Source: Thermodesulfobacteriota bacterium (GTDB lineage: Bacteria > Desulfobacterota_D > UBA1144 > Nemesobacterales > UBA2774). Taken from it: a DNA stretch of 64,000 bases. Below are positions 1 through 10,983 of this stretch, one piece after another. Below the pieces are notes generated by a model. The model was not told the DNA's origin. It saw only the letters and a program-made list of their open reading frames with translations, and searched no databases. Location: positions 416,001 to 480,000 of the forward strand of contig OZ244197.1 of assembly GCA_965216785.1 (NCBI GenBank). The letters are read 5' to 3'. A program made the translations under genes and the position numbers. How positions within the stretch are numbered: the first letter of the stretch is position 1; every line of letters begins with the position of its first letter.

Positions 1-118
1 AGCGTGCATATTCTATGAGTTTTATTACTTCTGGTCTCTCAACTGTTTTAAGGCGGTGAAGCTCTTTTTGAAGTTTTACCAGTCCATTTGGTGTTATGGG
101 TACTCTTTCAGTTGACAT
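1..118 (-). CDS. greA: Transcription elongation factor GreA, 5' part (runs off the window edge; not in ORF track)
   Basis: Manual translation from ATG at 118 gives MSTERVPITPNGLVKLQKELHRLKTVERPEVIKLIEYAR, a GreA N-terminal coiled coil. GGAGG RBS lies upstream, and carB-greA order is classical. Confidence 0.9.
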   Translation of the reverse strand, partial: MSTERVPITPNGLVKLQKELHRLKTVERPEVIKLIEYAR

Positions 119-212
119 AAAGTTTTCCTCCTTCAATATCCTGGGGGAAATAGATTAGGATTTACTTTCAACATATTAAAGACATGCCCTGTGAATAGAT
201 AATTATACAGTA

Positions 213-3200
213 TTAATAGTATTCCTGTAATGCTTTTACGGAAAGCCCCTCTTTTATCAGGACTTCTATTGCTCCTGCCGCGGCTTGTGCTCCTGCAATT
301 GTGGTGAAGTACGGTACTCCCTGAGTAACCGATGTTCTCCTTATAGGGTAGGACTGCGCTATCTCTTCTTCTCCAAACGTAGTATTAATTACAAGCTGTA
401 CCTGACCGTTCTTCATATAATCGACGACGTTCGGCCTTCCCTGCGCCACCTTTTTTACCAACATGCAGTTAACGCCCAGGTTTCCAAGGTATGATGCCGT
501 GCCGTCTGTTGCCAAAATGTTGAATCCAAGCTCCGAGAGCTTTCGGGCTACCAGAGAGGCCTTTTCTTTATCTTCGTCCTTTACACTTATAAATGCGGTG
601 CCGGTAAGGGGAAGCTCGTTTCCAGAAGCCATTTGAGCTTTGGCAAAAGAGCGTCCAAGCTCAGTGTCTATGCCCATTACCTCTCCCGTGGATTTCATCT
701 CAGGACCCAGGATCGTATCCACTCCGGCAAATTTAATAAACGGGAAGACAGACTCTTTAATACACATATAATTCGGTACTATCTCCTCAGTGAAACCAAG
801 CTCAGTTAATTTTTTCCCAACCATTATTTTAGTCCCGAGCTTTGCAAGAGGGACTCCTATCGCCTTACTGACAAAGGGTATCGTCCGGCTTGCCCTGGGG
901 TTTACTTCTATTATATATACTTCACCGTCTTTTATCGCAAATTGGATATTCATGAGCCCCTTAACCCTAAGTGCGAGAGCTAGCTCCTTGGTCTGACGCT
1001 TTATTTCCTGAAGAGTTCCGGCGTCTATAGAGTAAGGCGGCATAACCATGGCACTGTCGCCAGAGTGAACCCCGGCTTCCTCAATGTGCTCTAGCACTCC
1101 TCCTATCACTACGGTCTCGCCGTCTGATATAGCGTCCACATCCACCTCTTTTGCGTCCTTGAGAAACTTGTCTATAAGCACCGGATGATTCGGGGACACG
1201 TTTACCGCCTCTTTCATATAGCGCTTAAGCGCCTTCTGCGTATATACGATTTCCATTGCTCTGCCGCCAAGCACGTAAGAGGGTCTCACGACCACCGGAT
1301 ATCCTATATCTCCAGCGATCTGCTTTGCCTCGCTCTCACTGCGCGCAATCCCGCTTTCAGGCTGCTTAAGGCCGAGCTGAAGGATCAAGTCGCGGAATCT
1401 CTCTCTGTCCTCAGCCAGATCAATGCTCTCTGGGGATGTGCCGATTATCTTTACTCCCCTTTCCTCAAGAGGAAGCGCGAGCTTTAACGGAGTTTGGCCA
1501 CCTAACTGCACAATTACCCCTTCAGGCTTCTCCCGCTCGACTATCGACAAAGTATCCTCAAGCGTCAGAGGCTCGAAGTAGAGCCTGTCGGATGTATCGT
1601 AATCAGTGCTTACTGTCTCGGGGTTGCAGTTGACCATTATTGCCTCATACCCTTCTTCCCTAAGCGAAAAGGAAGCGTGGACACAGCAGTAATCAAATTC
1701 GATCCCTTGCCCGATTCTATTGGGGCCTCCGCCCAAGATCATAACTTTCTTTTTATCAGTGGGCAGGGCCTCGTCCTCCCTTTCATAAGTGGAATAGAAG
1801 TACGGGGTATGCGCTTCAAACTCTGAGGCGCAGGTATCGACCATCTTATACACGGATTCTATGTGGCTGTTAAGCCTCAGGCTTCTTGAGTCGTCCTCTG
1901 AGTTGCCTATTAGCTCTGACATCCTCGTATCCGAGAATCCGTACTCTTTCGCCGTTTTTATTCTCTCACTGTCAGGCTTGCCCTTTGAGAGCCTCAGCTC
2001 GTTTTCCATATCAACAATCTGTTTGATATTATTGAGGAACCAAGGGTCAATGCGTGTCAGATCATATATTTCTTCAGTATCCATCCCGCTCCTGTAGGCG
2101 TCGGCCAAATACCAGAGCCTTTCGGAGTTGGGGACCTTAAGCTTTTCTGTAATGACTTTCTTGTCACTTGTTTGCGGCTCAAACCCCGAAGAATCTACTT
2201 CAAGCGAGCGCATGGCTTTCTGTAAAGACTCTTTAAAAGTCCTGCCTATGGCCATTGCCTCCCCAACAGATTTCATTTGAGTAGTCAGAGAGGGATCTGT
2301 CACAGGGAATTTCTCAAAGGTAAACCTGGGTACTTTTACAACAACATAATCTATTGTAGGCTCAAAACAGGCGGGTGTAGTGCGCGTAATATCGTTTGGA
2401 ATCTCATCCAGCGTATAGCCAACGGCAAGCTTGGCCGCGATCTTCGCAATCGGGAATCCTGTCGCTTTAGATGCCAACGCCGAGCTACGGGAAACCCTGG
2501 GGTTCATTTCTATTACGACCATACGGCCGTCTTCAGGATTAATACCGAACTGTATATTAGAGCCGCCGGTGTCTACTCCGATCTCTCTTATAATGGTGAT
2601 CGAGGCGTCGCGCATCTTTTGGTATTCTTTGTCGGTAAGTGTCTGAGAGGGCGCGACCGTGATGCTGTCCCCTGTATGAACACCCATAGGGTCAAAGTTC
2701 TCAATTGAGCATATTATGACTACGTTATCCGCAACGTCCCTCATAACTTCGAGCTCATACTCCTTCCACCCGAGCACTGACTCTTCGATCAATATTTCAG
2801 AGACCGGACTCGAATCGAGCCCTGATTTTGCAAATTCCTCAAATTCCTCACGGTTATAAGCGACGCTTCCTCCCGAGCCTCCCAGAGTGAACGAGGGTCT
2901 GATAATAATAGGAAAACCTATTTCCTCCACTATCTGCCAGGCTTCACTCATGTCATGGGCAACTCCGCTCTTTGGGACCTCAAGACCAATTTTTATCATG
3001 GCCTTTTTAAATTGCTCACGGTTTTCCGCCTTTTGTATAGCCGGCATTTTAGCGCCTATTAGCTCTACGCCGTATTTTTCGAGTACACCGCTCTCGGACA
3101 GCTCCACCGCAATATTAAGCGCGGTCTGACCACCGAGCGTAGGCAGCAATGCGTCGGGCCGCTCGCGCTCTATTATCTTTTCCACAATCTGAGGAACAAG

Positions 3201-3404
3201 AGGCTCTATGTAGGTACGGTCAGCGAACGTGGGGTCAGTCATAATAGTGGCAGGGTTGCTGTTCACTAGTACAATCCTGTAGCCCTCTTCCTTGAGCGCT
3301 TTACATGCCTGTGTGCCCGAGTAGTCAAACTCACAAGCCTGCCCGATCACAATTGGACCCGAGCCTACAAGTAGTATTGTTTTTATGTCTGTTCTTTTAG
3401 GCAT
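213..3404 (-). CDS. carB: Carbamoyl-phosphate synthase large subunit
   Basis: [28 protein letters not shown] start, two ATP-grasp halves ([19 protein letters not shown]), C-terminal MGS domain; 1063 aa. Confidence 0.99.
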   Translation of the reverse strand: MPKRTDIKTILLVGSGPIVIGQACEFDYSGTQACKALKEEGYRIVLVNSNPATIMTDPTFADRTYIEPLVPQIVEKIIERERPDALLPTLGGQTALNIAVELSESGVLEKYGVELIGAKMPAIQKAENREQFKKAMIKIGLEVPKSGVAHDMSEAWQIVEEIGFPIIIRPSFTLGGSGGSVAYNREEFEEFAKSGLDSSPVSEILIEESVLGWKEYELEVMRDVADNVVIICSIENFDPMGVHTGDSITVAPSQTLTDKEYQKMRDASITIIREIGVDTGGSNIQFGINPEDGRMVVIEMNPRVSRSSALASKATGFPIAKIAAKLAVGYTLDEIPNDITRTTPACFEPTIDYVVVKVPRFTFEKFPVTDPSLTTQMKSVGEAMAIGRTFKESLQKAMRSLEVDSSGFEPQTSDKKVITEKLKVPNSERLWYLADAYRSGMDTEEIYDLTRIDPWFLNNIKQIVDMENELRLSKGKPDSERIKTAKEYGFSDTRMSELIGNSEDDSRSLRLNSHIESVYKMVDTCASEFEAHTPYFYSTYEREDEALPTDKKKVMILGGGPNRIGQGIEFDYCCVHASFSLREEGYEAIMVNCNPETVSTDYDTSDRLYFEPLTLEDTLSIVEREKPEGVIVQLGGQTPLKLALPLEERGVKIIGTSPESIDLAEDRERFRDLILQLGLKQPESGIARSESEAKQIAGDIGYPVVVRPSYVLGGRAMEIVYTQKALKRYMKEAVNVSPNHPVLIDKFLKDAKEVDVDAISDGETVVIGGVLEHIEEAGVHSGDSAMVMPPYSIDAGTLQEIKRQTKELALALRVKGLMNIQFAIKDGEVYIIEVNPRASRTIPFVSKAIGVPLAKLGTKIMVGKKLTELGFTEEIVPNYMCIKESVFPFIKFAGVDTILGPEMKSTGEVMGIDTELGRSFAKAQMASGNELPLTGTAFISVKDEDKEKASLVARKLSELGFNILATDGTASYLGNLGVNCMLVKKVAQGRPNVVDYMKNGQVQLVINTTFGEEEIAQSYPIRRTSVTQGVPYFTTIAGAQAAAGAIEVLIKEGLSVKALQEYY

Positions 3405-3589
3405 ATTCTAAAACCTTATGGGCAAGATTCTCTTTGCCCTGGTGAAATTAAATCCGTCAATTTATACCCAAGAATTTATGATCTGGCAAACAAGATTATG
3501 ATACATTTAGTTTACAGAAAATAAGATGACCCGGTAGAAATATCTTAATAATATACTAGTAAACCTCAATTAAGACCAATAAGTTATAA

Positions 3590-4339
3590 TCAGCCCGCAT
3601 CTTCTGATATAACGTTCTCCTCACCTGAATCAGCCGCGGGTTCATTGGTTTTTTCTCTACTCTTAAGATCGCTCATTACATGAAACATCCTTTGCACGGC
3701 GGTGTATGAAGAAAAAACGAGCATTATTAAAAGAGCCAGCTTGAGTAGGTAGTTATCGGGTTGATACCCAAGAGCGCTCGTCACAAGGTTGCCAGGATAA
3801 TTAAATATAGACAGTACACCCAGATATACCACCCTCTCTGTCCTCTGCATGATTCCAACTTCGCACTTTACCCCAAGGCCCTCTGCCCTGGCCCGAGTAT
3901 AACTGACCATTGTGGTAGAAACGAGTATTAGAAACACTACGTAGATATAAACCGTGCCCTGGAAAAAGCTCAGAAGACCGAGGTAAATAAAAGCCTCGGA
4001 AAACCTGTCCAGGCATGAATCGAAGAACGCTCCGGACTCGCTGCTGATCCCCTGCGCCCTGGCAACTCGGCCGTCGAATATATCAAAAGTTGAGCCTGCC
4101 AAAACGAGCACGCCTCCAATAAATATTAAGCCGTAATGATAGAAAAGACCCGTGATACCGGAGACTACAAGAGTTGAAATCGTAAGTACGTTGGGATGAA
4201 TTTTAATACCGACCAGATAGTCCTCTATCGGCAGCATGAGAAGTAGCCACCATTTTTTTAATCCACTCCCTAAGAGTTTAGAGGACTCGGGGCCTTTTTT
4301 GTTTTTCGACCTTTCAGCAATTTCCTGTGGCTGGCTCAT
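3590..4339 (-). CDS. CDP-alcohol phosphatidyltransferase, phosphatidylinositol-phosphate-synthase-like
   Basis: DIFDGRVAR-x8-GAFFDSCLDR signature, HPNVLT, SYTRARAEGLG and GIMQRTER motifs; multiple TM helices. Confidence 0.85.
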   Translation of the reverse strand: MSQPQEIAERSKNKKGPESSKLLGSGLKKWWLLLMLPIEDYLVGIKIHPNVLTISTLVVSGITGLFYHYGLIFIGGVLVLAGSTFDIFDGRVARAQGISSESGAFFDSCLDRFSEAFIYLGLLSFFQGTVYIYVVFLILVSTTMVSYTRARAEGLGVKCEVGIMQRTERVVYLGVLSIFNYPGNLVTSALGYQPDNYLLKLALLIMLVFSSYTAVQRMFHVMSDLKSREKTNEPAADSGEENVISEDAG

Positions 4340-4445
4340 AATGAATGTTTCCCGAAACTGTTATTTCTGTGAATTGAGGTTACTAAAATATACGCTTTAA
4401 TCTTTATCAAGCAAGCGGGATATCTTATGGGCACTTGCAGATGGT

Positions 4446-6056
4446 CTAGTTAATCCGAGTAATATATACCGACTTAACGCCCGGCTCTCGTCTCTTGAGC
4501 CAATTCCCGTATTCCGTTGCCTGACCCTTTGTAGGAAATGCTCCCACGCTTACACGGCTCCATCTTCCCTTACCGGGCACATCGGCCGTGGTTACTCTTA
4601 CTTTATAACCCTTACGCTCTAGCTTCTGTGCAAAACTTCCGGCTGCGGCAGGGTCCTTGAACGAGGCGACCTGGACTGTGTATTTCCCGCTCTCGCTCTG
4701 AGATGAATCGCCAGGCGTGATTTTAGTTATCCGCTTTTCCCTAGCAGGTTCCTCGTATTTCTTAGTGTCGGTAACTGTCTTAGCTGAAACCGCAGGTGGA
4801 GGCTTATCCCAATCCCCCTCTTGTGTAGACTCATAAATACGCTCGATGAGCTCTTTACTCGAATAAGACGCATCGTCGGTGTCAGAGATGCGGGGCGCTG
4901 CCGGAACTTGTTTTTCCCGGGTTATGAGCGCATCTTTTTCCTCGGTTACTAAAATATCTTCTTCAATTATTTCTGTTCCGTCAGATTTCTCCGTCAATTG
5001 CTCAGAGCTTTGGGTTTCTTCGATTTCTTTGCTAGTTTCTACTTCCCTCAGAACTACTGTATCTATCTTTTCAGCCTTAATTAATTTTGCCCCGCCCTGA
5101 AGCGGCGCGTTTAACTGTGTATCTAATAATAAGGCTATTGCGGTATTAACCGAGCCGCTGCCCGGCTGAGTATAAGTTTCTATCTGAACTTCTTCTTGCA
5201 GTTTTTCTTCCTGAATCCCGGCGCTGTCAATTGAAAGCTCCTGCTCAACAATTCCGGACTCGGCAATCAAAGTTTCTTGTGTGTTTTGGGGCGGGCTCTG
5301 GGTTTGAACCGGAGATACGGTATCCGGCTTTTGGGCCATGTATCCCTTTGGTACTACACCGCCAGCCGTGCTGGTTGATTCTTCTCCGATCTTTACTACG
5401 CGGAGGCTTGTAAAAGGTCTCTTTACAACTACGCCGTTTTCAACGAGCATAATCTCAACCGAACCCGATAAATTGTTTGGGGCTTCAAAAACGAGCTTTC
5501 TGGGTGATTCCGATATTACATGCGCGGGCCTGCCTCCGATCGTAAGCTTGGTCGTTGCAAAGTCACCGTCAAACGGGCCTTGGATCTCGATCAGTCTTCC
5601 TGCCTGCCCGATAAGCGGGGTTTCAAAATCAAAAGCTGTTGGAGTCTCAGGTCTGTCGGCAAAAGAATCCGGCAGTTTTACCGCGGCTGAGGAATAGCTG
5701 ACCTCTCTGTTACTCTCGTCTCTTAGTGTGACCCTTAAGCTGCTGCCTGACATGTTACTCGGGATAGTTATGGTAATTTGCCCGGCTTGAACAGATGCGC
5801 TCTGTACATCCGTATTTATCTTGTAACTGTTTAAAACACTCGTGTTATTAACTCCCTCAGGGTAAGCAAATATAGACGCTGAGACAGTATCCCCTCCTGA
5901 CATATCGTCGGGGAGGAACACTTTCACATCCCCATACTGGGTATTAAAACTTACTACATACGTGCCGCTTAATCTATCGGTCATCCCGAGCTTCGCGGCA
6001 TGTGCGGTCCAGGCGGCAATAAATATTATCAATACTATGAAGACTTTGGCTTTCAT
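4446..6056 (-). CDS. Exported protein: beta-rich N-terminal domains, acidic low-complexity linker, C-terminal SPOR domain
   Basis: Signal peptide (..AWTAHA); C-terminal YTVQVASF...LERKGY...WSRVSVGAF SPOR pattern. Confidence 0.8.
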   Translation of the reverse strand: MKAKVFIVLIIFIAAWTAHAAKLGMTDRLSGTYVVSFNTQYGDVKVFLPDDMSGGDTVSASIFAYPEGVNNTSVLNSYKINTDVQSASVQAGQITITIPSNMSGSSLRVTLRDESNREVSYSSAAVKLPDSFADRPETPTAFDFETPLIGQAGRLIEIQGPFDGDFATTKLTIGGRPAHVISESPRKLVFEAPNNLSGSVEIMLVENGVVVKRPFTSLRVVKIGEESTSTAGGVVPKGYMAQKPDTVSPVQTQSPPQNTQETLIAESGIVEQELSIDSAGIQEEKLQEEVQIETYTQPGSGSVNTAIALLLDTQLNAPLQGGAKLIKAEKIDTVVLREVETSKEIEETQSSEQLTEKSDGTEIIEEDILVTEEKDALITREKQVPAAPRISDTDDASYSSKELIERIYESTQEGDWDKPPPAVSAKTVTDTKKYEEPAREKRITKITPGDSSQSESGKYTVQVASFKDPAAAGSFAQKLERKGYKVRVTTADVPGKGRWSRVSVGAFPTKGQATEYGNWLKRREPGVKSVYITRIN

Positions 6057-6092
6057 TTGTAAATACCTGCATATATGACCATATTAATCATA

Positions 6093-6881
6093 TCATTTGT
6101 TTTGTGTTATAAAAACAATCTTAACCTCGGGTTCTAGAATCTTAAGGTTCTCACCGTAGTCACTCGCGGTCTGAGAGCTTTCAAAAGTACCGATTCTTAC
6201 CCTATACCATTTCTTGTTATCAGAATCCGTCATGGTGTTTATGTATGCGGGGTAACCCCTGTTCTTCATAGATTTTAGCACTGAATCCGCAGCTTTTTTA
6301 TCCGTAAACGAACCGATCTGTACCGTGTAGCTGCCGTCTGGATCTATAGGGGGTAATTTAACTCTATCTCTTTTTTTATTTTTATCGGTTTTTGCAATTT
6401 CTTCAATTGCTTTTTCCCGGGTTACCTTTTCTGGTTTTGGGGTAGCTGCCGGCTTTTCGGAGGCAGGATCGGGCTTGACAGTGTTTTGTGTTTTTGTAAC
6501 TATCTCGTTTTGGCCACTTTCAGCTATTGGGTCCTGTGGTGTTTGGATAGGTTCAGCAATTTCAATCGTAGAATCAACTTCAATATCCTCCTCTACCTGA
6601 AGTCCCTCTGGCGCTTCAGTCTTGACATCGGTCTCGCCGATTCTCTCCTCAAGCGCTATGGATTGTTCGAACTCGGTGTCTATTGGCTTTTCGGGAACAC
6701 GGGCTCGGGGCGGAGTAGTCTCTATGTTTTCGGGAAAAGTAATACTACGCTCGGATAACCCCTTACCCACTATTATCCCTAGACTGAACGTGACGACGAA
6801 TAGTACGAAAAACCCGATAACAAGCGATACTATCCGGTTTTTGCCAGGATTTTTGTTGCTAGTGCTGTTTTTATTACTCAT
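6093..6881 (-). CDS. Bitopic SPOR-domain cell-division protein (FtsN/DedD-like)
   Basis: Single N-terminal TM helix, P/E/K linker, YTVQIGSF...GYPAY...WYRVRIGTF; directly downstream of argS as commonly seen. Confidence 0.85.
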   Translation of the reverse strand: MSNKNSTSNKNPGKNRIVSLVIGFFVLFVVTFSLGIIVGKGLSERSITFPENIETTPPRARVPEKPIDTEFEQSIALEERIGETDVKTEAPEGLQVEEDIEVDSTIEIAEPIQTPQDPIAESGQNEIVTKTQNTVKPDPASEKPAATPKPEKVTREKAIEEIAKTDKNKKRDRVKLPPIDPDGSYTVQIGSFTDKKAADSVLKSMKNRGYPAYINTMTDSDNKKWYRVRIGTFESSQTASDYGENLKILEPEVKIVFITQNK

Positions 6882-6884
6882 ATC

Positions 6885-8567
6885 TCACATCCTTTCAGGA
6901 GTGGAAATACCGAGCAATCTAAGACCGTTACTAAGAACTATACGCACACAGCTTACTAAGTAAAGCCTTGCCTGACTGAGATCCGAGTTTTCGTCTACGA
7001 TCCTGCATTTATTATAGTAAACATGAAAATCCGAAGCCAGCTCCTGAAGGAAATAGGCTATTTTGTGAGGGGCGAGGGAAGCTGCCGATTCCTGTACTAC
7101 CTCAGGGTATAGTAGCAGTTTTTTTATAAGGTCGATCTCCACTTGCTCCTTAAGCCCGTCGAGAGATTCGCCTGCGGCGGACAATCCCGTCTCTTCAGCC
7201 TTTCGAAACAAACTGTTTATTCTGGCATAGGCGTATTGAATATAATAGACCGGGTTTTCACTGGACTCTTTCTTTGCAAGATCGAGGTCAAAGTCAAGAT
7301 GACTCTCGGAGCTCCTTGCGAGTAGGAAGAACCGCATCACGTCCGGGCCGACGTCTTTTACTACGTCGCGCATGGTTACATAGCTTCCGGAGCGCTTTGA
7401 CATAGCAACCTCCTCACCGCGGCGCATCAGTCTTACGAACTGAATCAGCACCACATGCAGGCGGGATTCATCGAGCCCGAGCGCATTCAGAGCCGCTTTG
7501 AGCCTGGCAATGTGACCGTGGTGGTCAGCGCCCCAGACGTTGATCAAACTATCAAATTCTCTTTCTAGCTTATGGTAATGGTACGCGATGTCGGCAAGGA
7601 AATACGTGGGAGATCCGTCCGATTTAACGAGCACCCAGTCCTGGGTATCTCCAAACTCAGTCGCCTTAAACCATAGGGCGCCCTCTTCTTCTTTGAGAGC
7701 GTCTTTTTCTTTCATGAGTGTAAGCGCGGCCTGCAGTCTGCTCAGTCCCTTAGTGCTTTCAAGAGAGGCGTGGATATTCTCACTCTCGCTGTACCACTCG
7801 TCAAATTTAATCCCTACGCTCTCTAAGTCACTTACCAGATGATCAAGAAGCCACTTTTTAGCAAACTCTCTACAGTACAAAATAGATTCCGTCTCCTTAC
7901 CCTCTTCTGTAAGCGAATCGCCTTCGTCTGTTTTAATCAACGCTGCAATTTCCTGTATATAGTCTCCTTTGTAACCGTCCTCGGGAAGCTCTCTCTCTAT
8001 CCCCGAAGCTTGTAGATATCTTGCGTAAACAGATTCGCCCAGCATCTCCATCTGGTGTCCTCGGTCATTTATGTAGAATTCCCTTGTCACATCGAGACCC
8101 GAAGCCCGGAGAATATTCGACAGCGCGTCTCCGACAACGGCGTTTCTGGCGTGGCCCATGTGGAGAAACCCTGTGGGGTTTGCGCTTACGAACTCGACAA
8201 GCACCTTTTCACCCTTGTCTGTGGCGGCGTTCCCGAAATCAACCCCCGCCTCATCGATCTCTCTGAGCTTATTTACTATGGCCTGCTCTTTAACGAAGAA
8301 ATTGATAAAGCCCGCGCCCGCAATCTCAACTTTTTTAAATAACTCTTCCTGCTCTTCGGGCAGGTTTTCTATGATTAGCTCGGCAAGCTTACGCGGATTT
8401 TGACCGGTCTTTTTTGCAAGCACCATTGCGGTGTTGATGGAAAAATCACCGAACTCCTTTCTCTTTGGAATCCCTACTTCAATCTCGTGGGGGAAATCGG
8501 CCGCGTTCAAAGTTTTAGCAATGCTTTCTACGGATTTGAGAACTACTTTTTGAATGTCTTCTTTCAT
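6885..8567 (-). CDS. argS: Arginine--tRNA ligase (start likely 8567 rather than 8624)
   Basis: VEFVSANPTGFLHMGH (HIGH-like), MSKRSG, NPVYYIQYAYAR, C-terminal PERM. Confidence 0.98.
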   Translation of the reverse strand: MKEDIQKVVLKSVESIAKTLNAADFPHEIEVGIPKRKEFGDFSINTAMVLAKKTGQNPRKLAELIIENLPEEQEELFKKVEIAGAGFINFFVKEQAIVNKLREIDEAGVDFGNAATDKGEKVLVEFVSANPTGFLHMGHARNAVVGDALSNILRASGLDVTREFYINDRGHQMEMLGESVYARYLQASGIERELPEDGYKGDYIQEIAALIKTDEGDSLTEEGKETESILYCREFAKKWLLDHLVSDLESVGIKFDEWYSESENIHASLESTKGLSRLQAALTLMKEKDALKEEEGALWFKATEFGDTQDWVLVKSDGSPTYFLADIAYHYHKLEREFDSLINVWGADHHGHIARLKAALNALGLDESRLHVVLIQFVRLMRRGEEVAMSKRSGSYVTMRDVVKDVGPDVMRFFLLARSSESHLDFDLDLAKKESSENPVYYIQYAYARINSLFRKAEETGLSAAGESLDGLKEQVEIDLIKKLLLYPEVVQESAASLAPHKIAYFLQELASDFHVYYNKCRIVDENSDLSQARLYLVSCVRIVLSNGLRLLGISTPERM

Positions 8568-8640
8568 AATATTAGTGGAAAAGTAGACCACATATTCAGA
8601 CACCTTACAAGAAACCGGTGTCATATTTTAGATAAACAGC

Positions 8641-9267
8641 TTAGAAATCCGGAAGGGATTCTATCGGAGAGAGATGAGACACGTCGTTCAGCACCTCTAT
8701 TTCGATTCCGTCTTCCCTGCAGACTATTAGGTTTTTACAGGCGGCCTGGAGGTTGAAATTACGAAAACCTTTTAGACCAACTCCTGAGAATTTACATAGG
8801 AGGGTAGTGATAGTGAGGTTATGGCTCACTGTTACAACCGTCTCACCCTGGTGACGCTCTAGAATCTTGTTAAACACCCTTAGCGCCCTCTCCTGAAGCC
8901 CCGTAAGTGACTCTCCCATTGGAAGCTTTAAGGTCTCGGGACTCTCCCGCCATTGCTTTAACACGTGGTCATACTTTGCCCTTATCTCCTCAAACTTAAG
9001 CCCTTCGAGCTCTCCCTGATCCATTTCTCTTAGGTCTTTTTCTATATTAACCGTGAGTTTATGGTGAGACGCTATTCCGCGCGCCGTCTCAAGCGCTCTT
9101 TTCAGATCGCTCGAATAAACGGCAGAAATTCTTTCATTTTTAAGAGAGCTTGCAAGCTCTCTGACCTGCTTTTTGCCGTTATGGTTGAGATCGATATCCG
9201 CCACTCCCTGACATCTGCCTGTGCGGTTCCAATCTGTCTCTCCGTGTCTTACAAGTATTAGATTCAT
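8641..9267 (-). CDS. Histidine phosphatase family protein (CobC/GpmB/PspA-like)
   Basis: LVRHGETDWN..QG..D..L, SSDLKRALETA, VSH, LNDVSHL. Confidence 0.9.
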   Translation of the reverse strand: MNLILVRHGETDWNRTGRCQGVADIDLNHNGKKQVRELASSLKNERISAVYSSDLKRALETARGIASHHKLTVNIEKDLREMDQGELEGLKFEEIRAKYDHVLKQWRESPETLKLPMGESLTGLQERALRVFNKILERHQGETVVTVSHNLTITTLLCKFSGVGLKGFRNFNLQAACKNLIVCREDGIEIEVLNDVSHLSPIESLPDF

Positions 9268-9394
9268 TTAGCCCTTTCCATTAGTCTAAAAATGCCTCTG
9301 TCTTCTAATTATATACCTGCAGGAATCGCAGACTTTTAATTAATTCCCCCGGATCGTGCTTCGCACTCCCGTCCATCCTCACTGCCTCTGTCCC

Positions 9395-10516
9395 CTAGGA
9401 TTCGTTTCTAAACGTGAGTATTACGCCTTTATCCTTAGCCTCTTTGGCAAGCTCAGAGGGAGGGGGAGGAAGCGGAGCTGATTTATAGACCGCGGTTACG
9501 CAGTATTCATCAAACACCGGGTTCCCCGATGAGTTGCTTACCCTAACGTCGTAGATTTTACCGTCTTTGCCTACTTTGAACAGCACATCGGTCTCAAGCC
9601 CGCCGTCCGTAGGTACGCTGGGGGGGATTCTCCAGTTTCGGCTGATTTTTCTATGTACCTGCTGACTGTAGAGGTTAATAATAACGGGGCTTACAGACGA
9701 GCCGCCGCCTCCGCCGCCGGTACTGCTCTTTTCGGTACTCGCTTCGAGTCCCGCATCTTCGGCATCGGCCATGGCAAGCTTCTGCTCCTCGCCCATGGGC
9801 TCCTCAGGCTCCTGCGGCTCTTCACTGCTTCCAAGCTGATCGAGTACCTTTTGCCTTTGAATGTCCTTAAGTACCTGGCTTCTCTTTTTATCTAAAGTTT
9901 TCTTTTCTGTTTTTTTCTTCTCTTCTTTTTTAGGTTTGGGTTTTTCCGTAGGTTTTGGTTTCTCGGCTACTTTTTTCTCTTCCTTCTTTTCTACTTTTTT
10001 AGGTTCTTCTTTCTTTTTTTCTTCCTTCTTTTCAGGCTCGAGGGGAATTACCTCTTTCTTCTCAGGCTCTTTCTTTACAACTTCTTTTGGCTTTTCCTCT
10101 TTTTTAGGCTCCTCTTTGGGCTTCTCAGGCTCTTTTTTAACCTCTTGTTTCTTGGGCTCCTCTTTTTTTGGTTCTTCCTTCTTTACCTCTTTTATTTCGG
10201 GCTCTTTTTTAGGCTCTTCTTTTTTTGGAGGCTCGGGAGGGGCTTTTACCTCTTTTTCCGGTGGCTTGGGAGGGGCGGGCTTCTTCTCTACCTTTTTAGG
10301 CTGAGTTTTCTTAACAGGCGGGCGACCATCACCACCTCCGCCTGTATCCAGAGATGATATCGATACCTGTATAGGCCCGCTCGGGCCGCTGAACTGCGAA
10401 GCTCCCCGGAATCCCCAAAATAGTATCAATGCAATAATTGTAGCGTGGAGCGCGATTGAGAAAACTCCGCCCCAAAACGATGTTCCCTTTGAAGGGTCAT
10501 TACCTTTTTCTTTCAT
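9395..10516 (-). CDS. tolA: TolA/TonB-family energy transducer
   Basis: TM segment with S-x3-H (SIALH), long K/E/P-rich linker, TonB_C-like end (SSGNPVFD..APLPPPP); follows tolQR. Confidence 0.85.
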   Translation of the reverse strand: MKEKGNDPSKGTSFWGGVFSIALHATIIALILFWGFRGASQFSGPSGPIQVSISSLDTGGGGDGRPPVKKTQPKKVEKKPAPPKPPEKEVKAPPEPPKKEEPKKEPEIKEVKKEEPKKEEPKKQEVKKEPEKPKEEPKKEEKPKEVVKKEPEKKEVIPLEPEKKEEKKKEEPKKVEKKEEKKVAEKPKPTEKPKPKKEEKKKTEKKTLDKKRSQVLKDIQRQKVLDQLGSSEEPQEPEEPMGEEQKLAMADAEDAGLEASTEKSSTGGGGGGSSVSPVIINLYSQQVHRKISRNWRIPPSVPTDGGLETDVLFKVGKDGKIYDVRVSNSSGNPVFDEYCVTAVYKSAPLPPPPSELAKEAKDKGVILTFRNES

Positions 10517-10536
10517 AATCCGCCGCTTACCTCTTA

Positions 10537-10974
10537 CTACTGTTTAGTCACGGGCTCTGTGATTAGACCAAGGTTCGTAACCCCGGCATTTCTAATCTCA
10601 GACATCACCTCTACAACTGTGCCGTAAGGAACAGAGGTGTCAGCCCTTAAAAAAACATTTTCCTTCTCTATGTCTTTTCCCTTTGAGCTCATAAGCACCC
10701 TGACTTCAACTCTTAGCTCATCGAGCGTATACTGCTTTTTCTCTATAAATATCTCACCGTCACCGTTTAAAGTAACAACAACCTTCTTCTCCCGGTCTAT
10801 GGAGGGCATGGACTTGGACTGGGTTTTGGGCAGCTTAACATCCACACCCTGATACAGAATGGGGGTCGTTACCATGAATATCACAAGGAGGACGAGCATG
10901 ACGTCTACAAACGGCGTTACGTTTATTTCGGCCATCACTGTGCGGCCGCCCTGTTTCGGAGTCTGCATTCCCAT
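10537..10974 (-). CDS. tolR: TolR
   Basis: EINVTPFVDVMLVLLVIFMVT, LRAD..VPYG.V, LGLITEP. Confidence 0.93.
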   Translation of the reverse strand: MGMQTPKQGGRTVMAEINVTPFVDVMLVLLVIFMVTTPILYQGVDVKLPKTQSKSMPSIDREKKVVVTLNGDGEIFIEKKQYTLDELRVEVRVLMSSKGKDIEKENVFLRADTSVPYGTVVEVMSEIRNAGVTNLGLITEPVTKQ

Positions 10975-10983
10975 ATTGCTCTA

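Noticed and set aside
9861-10304. 147-aa Phe/Ser-rich + strand ORF and apparent tandem repeats
   Set aside because: Antisense shadow of the K/E/P-rich TolA linker. The repeats are codon-level low complexity, not a CRISPR array or separate gene.
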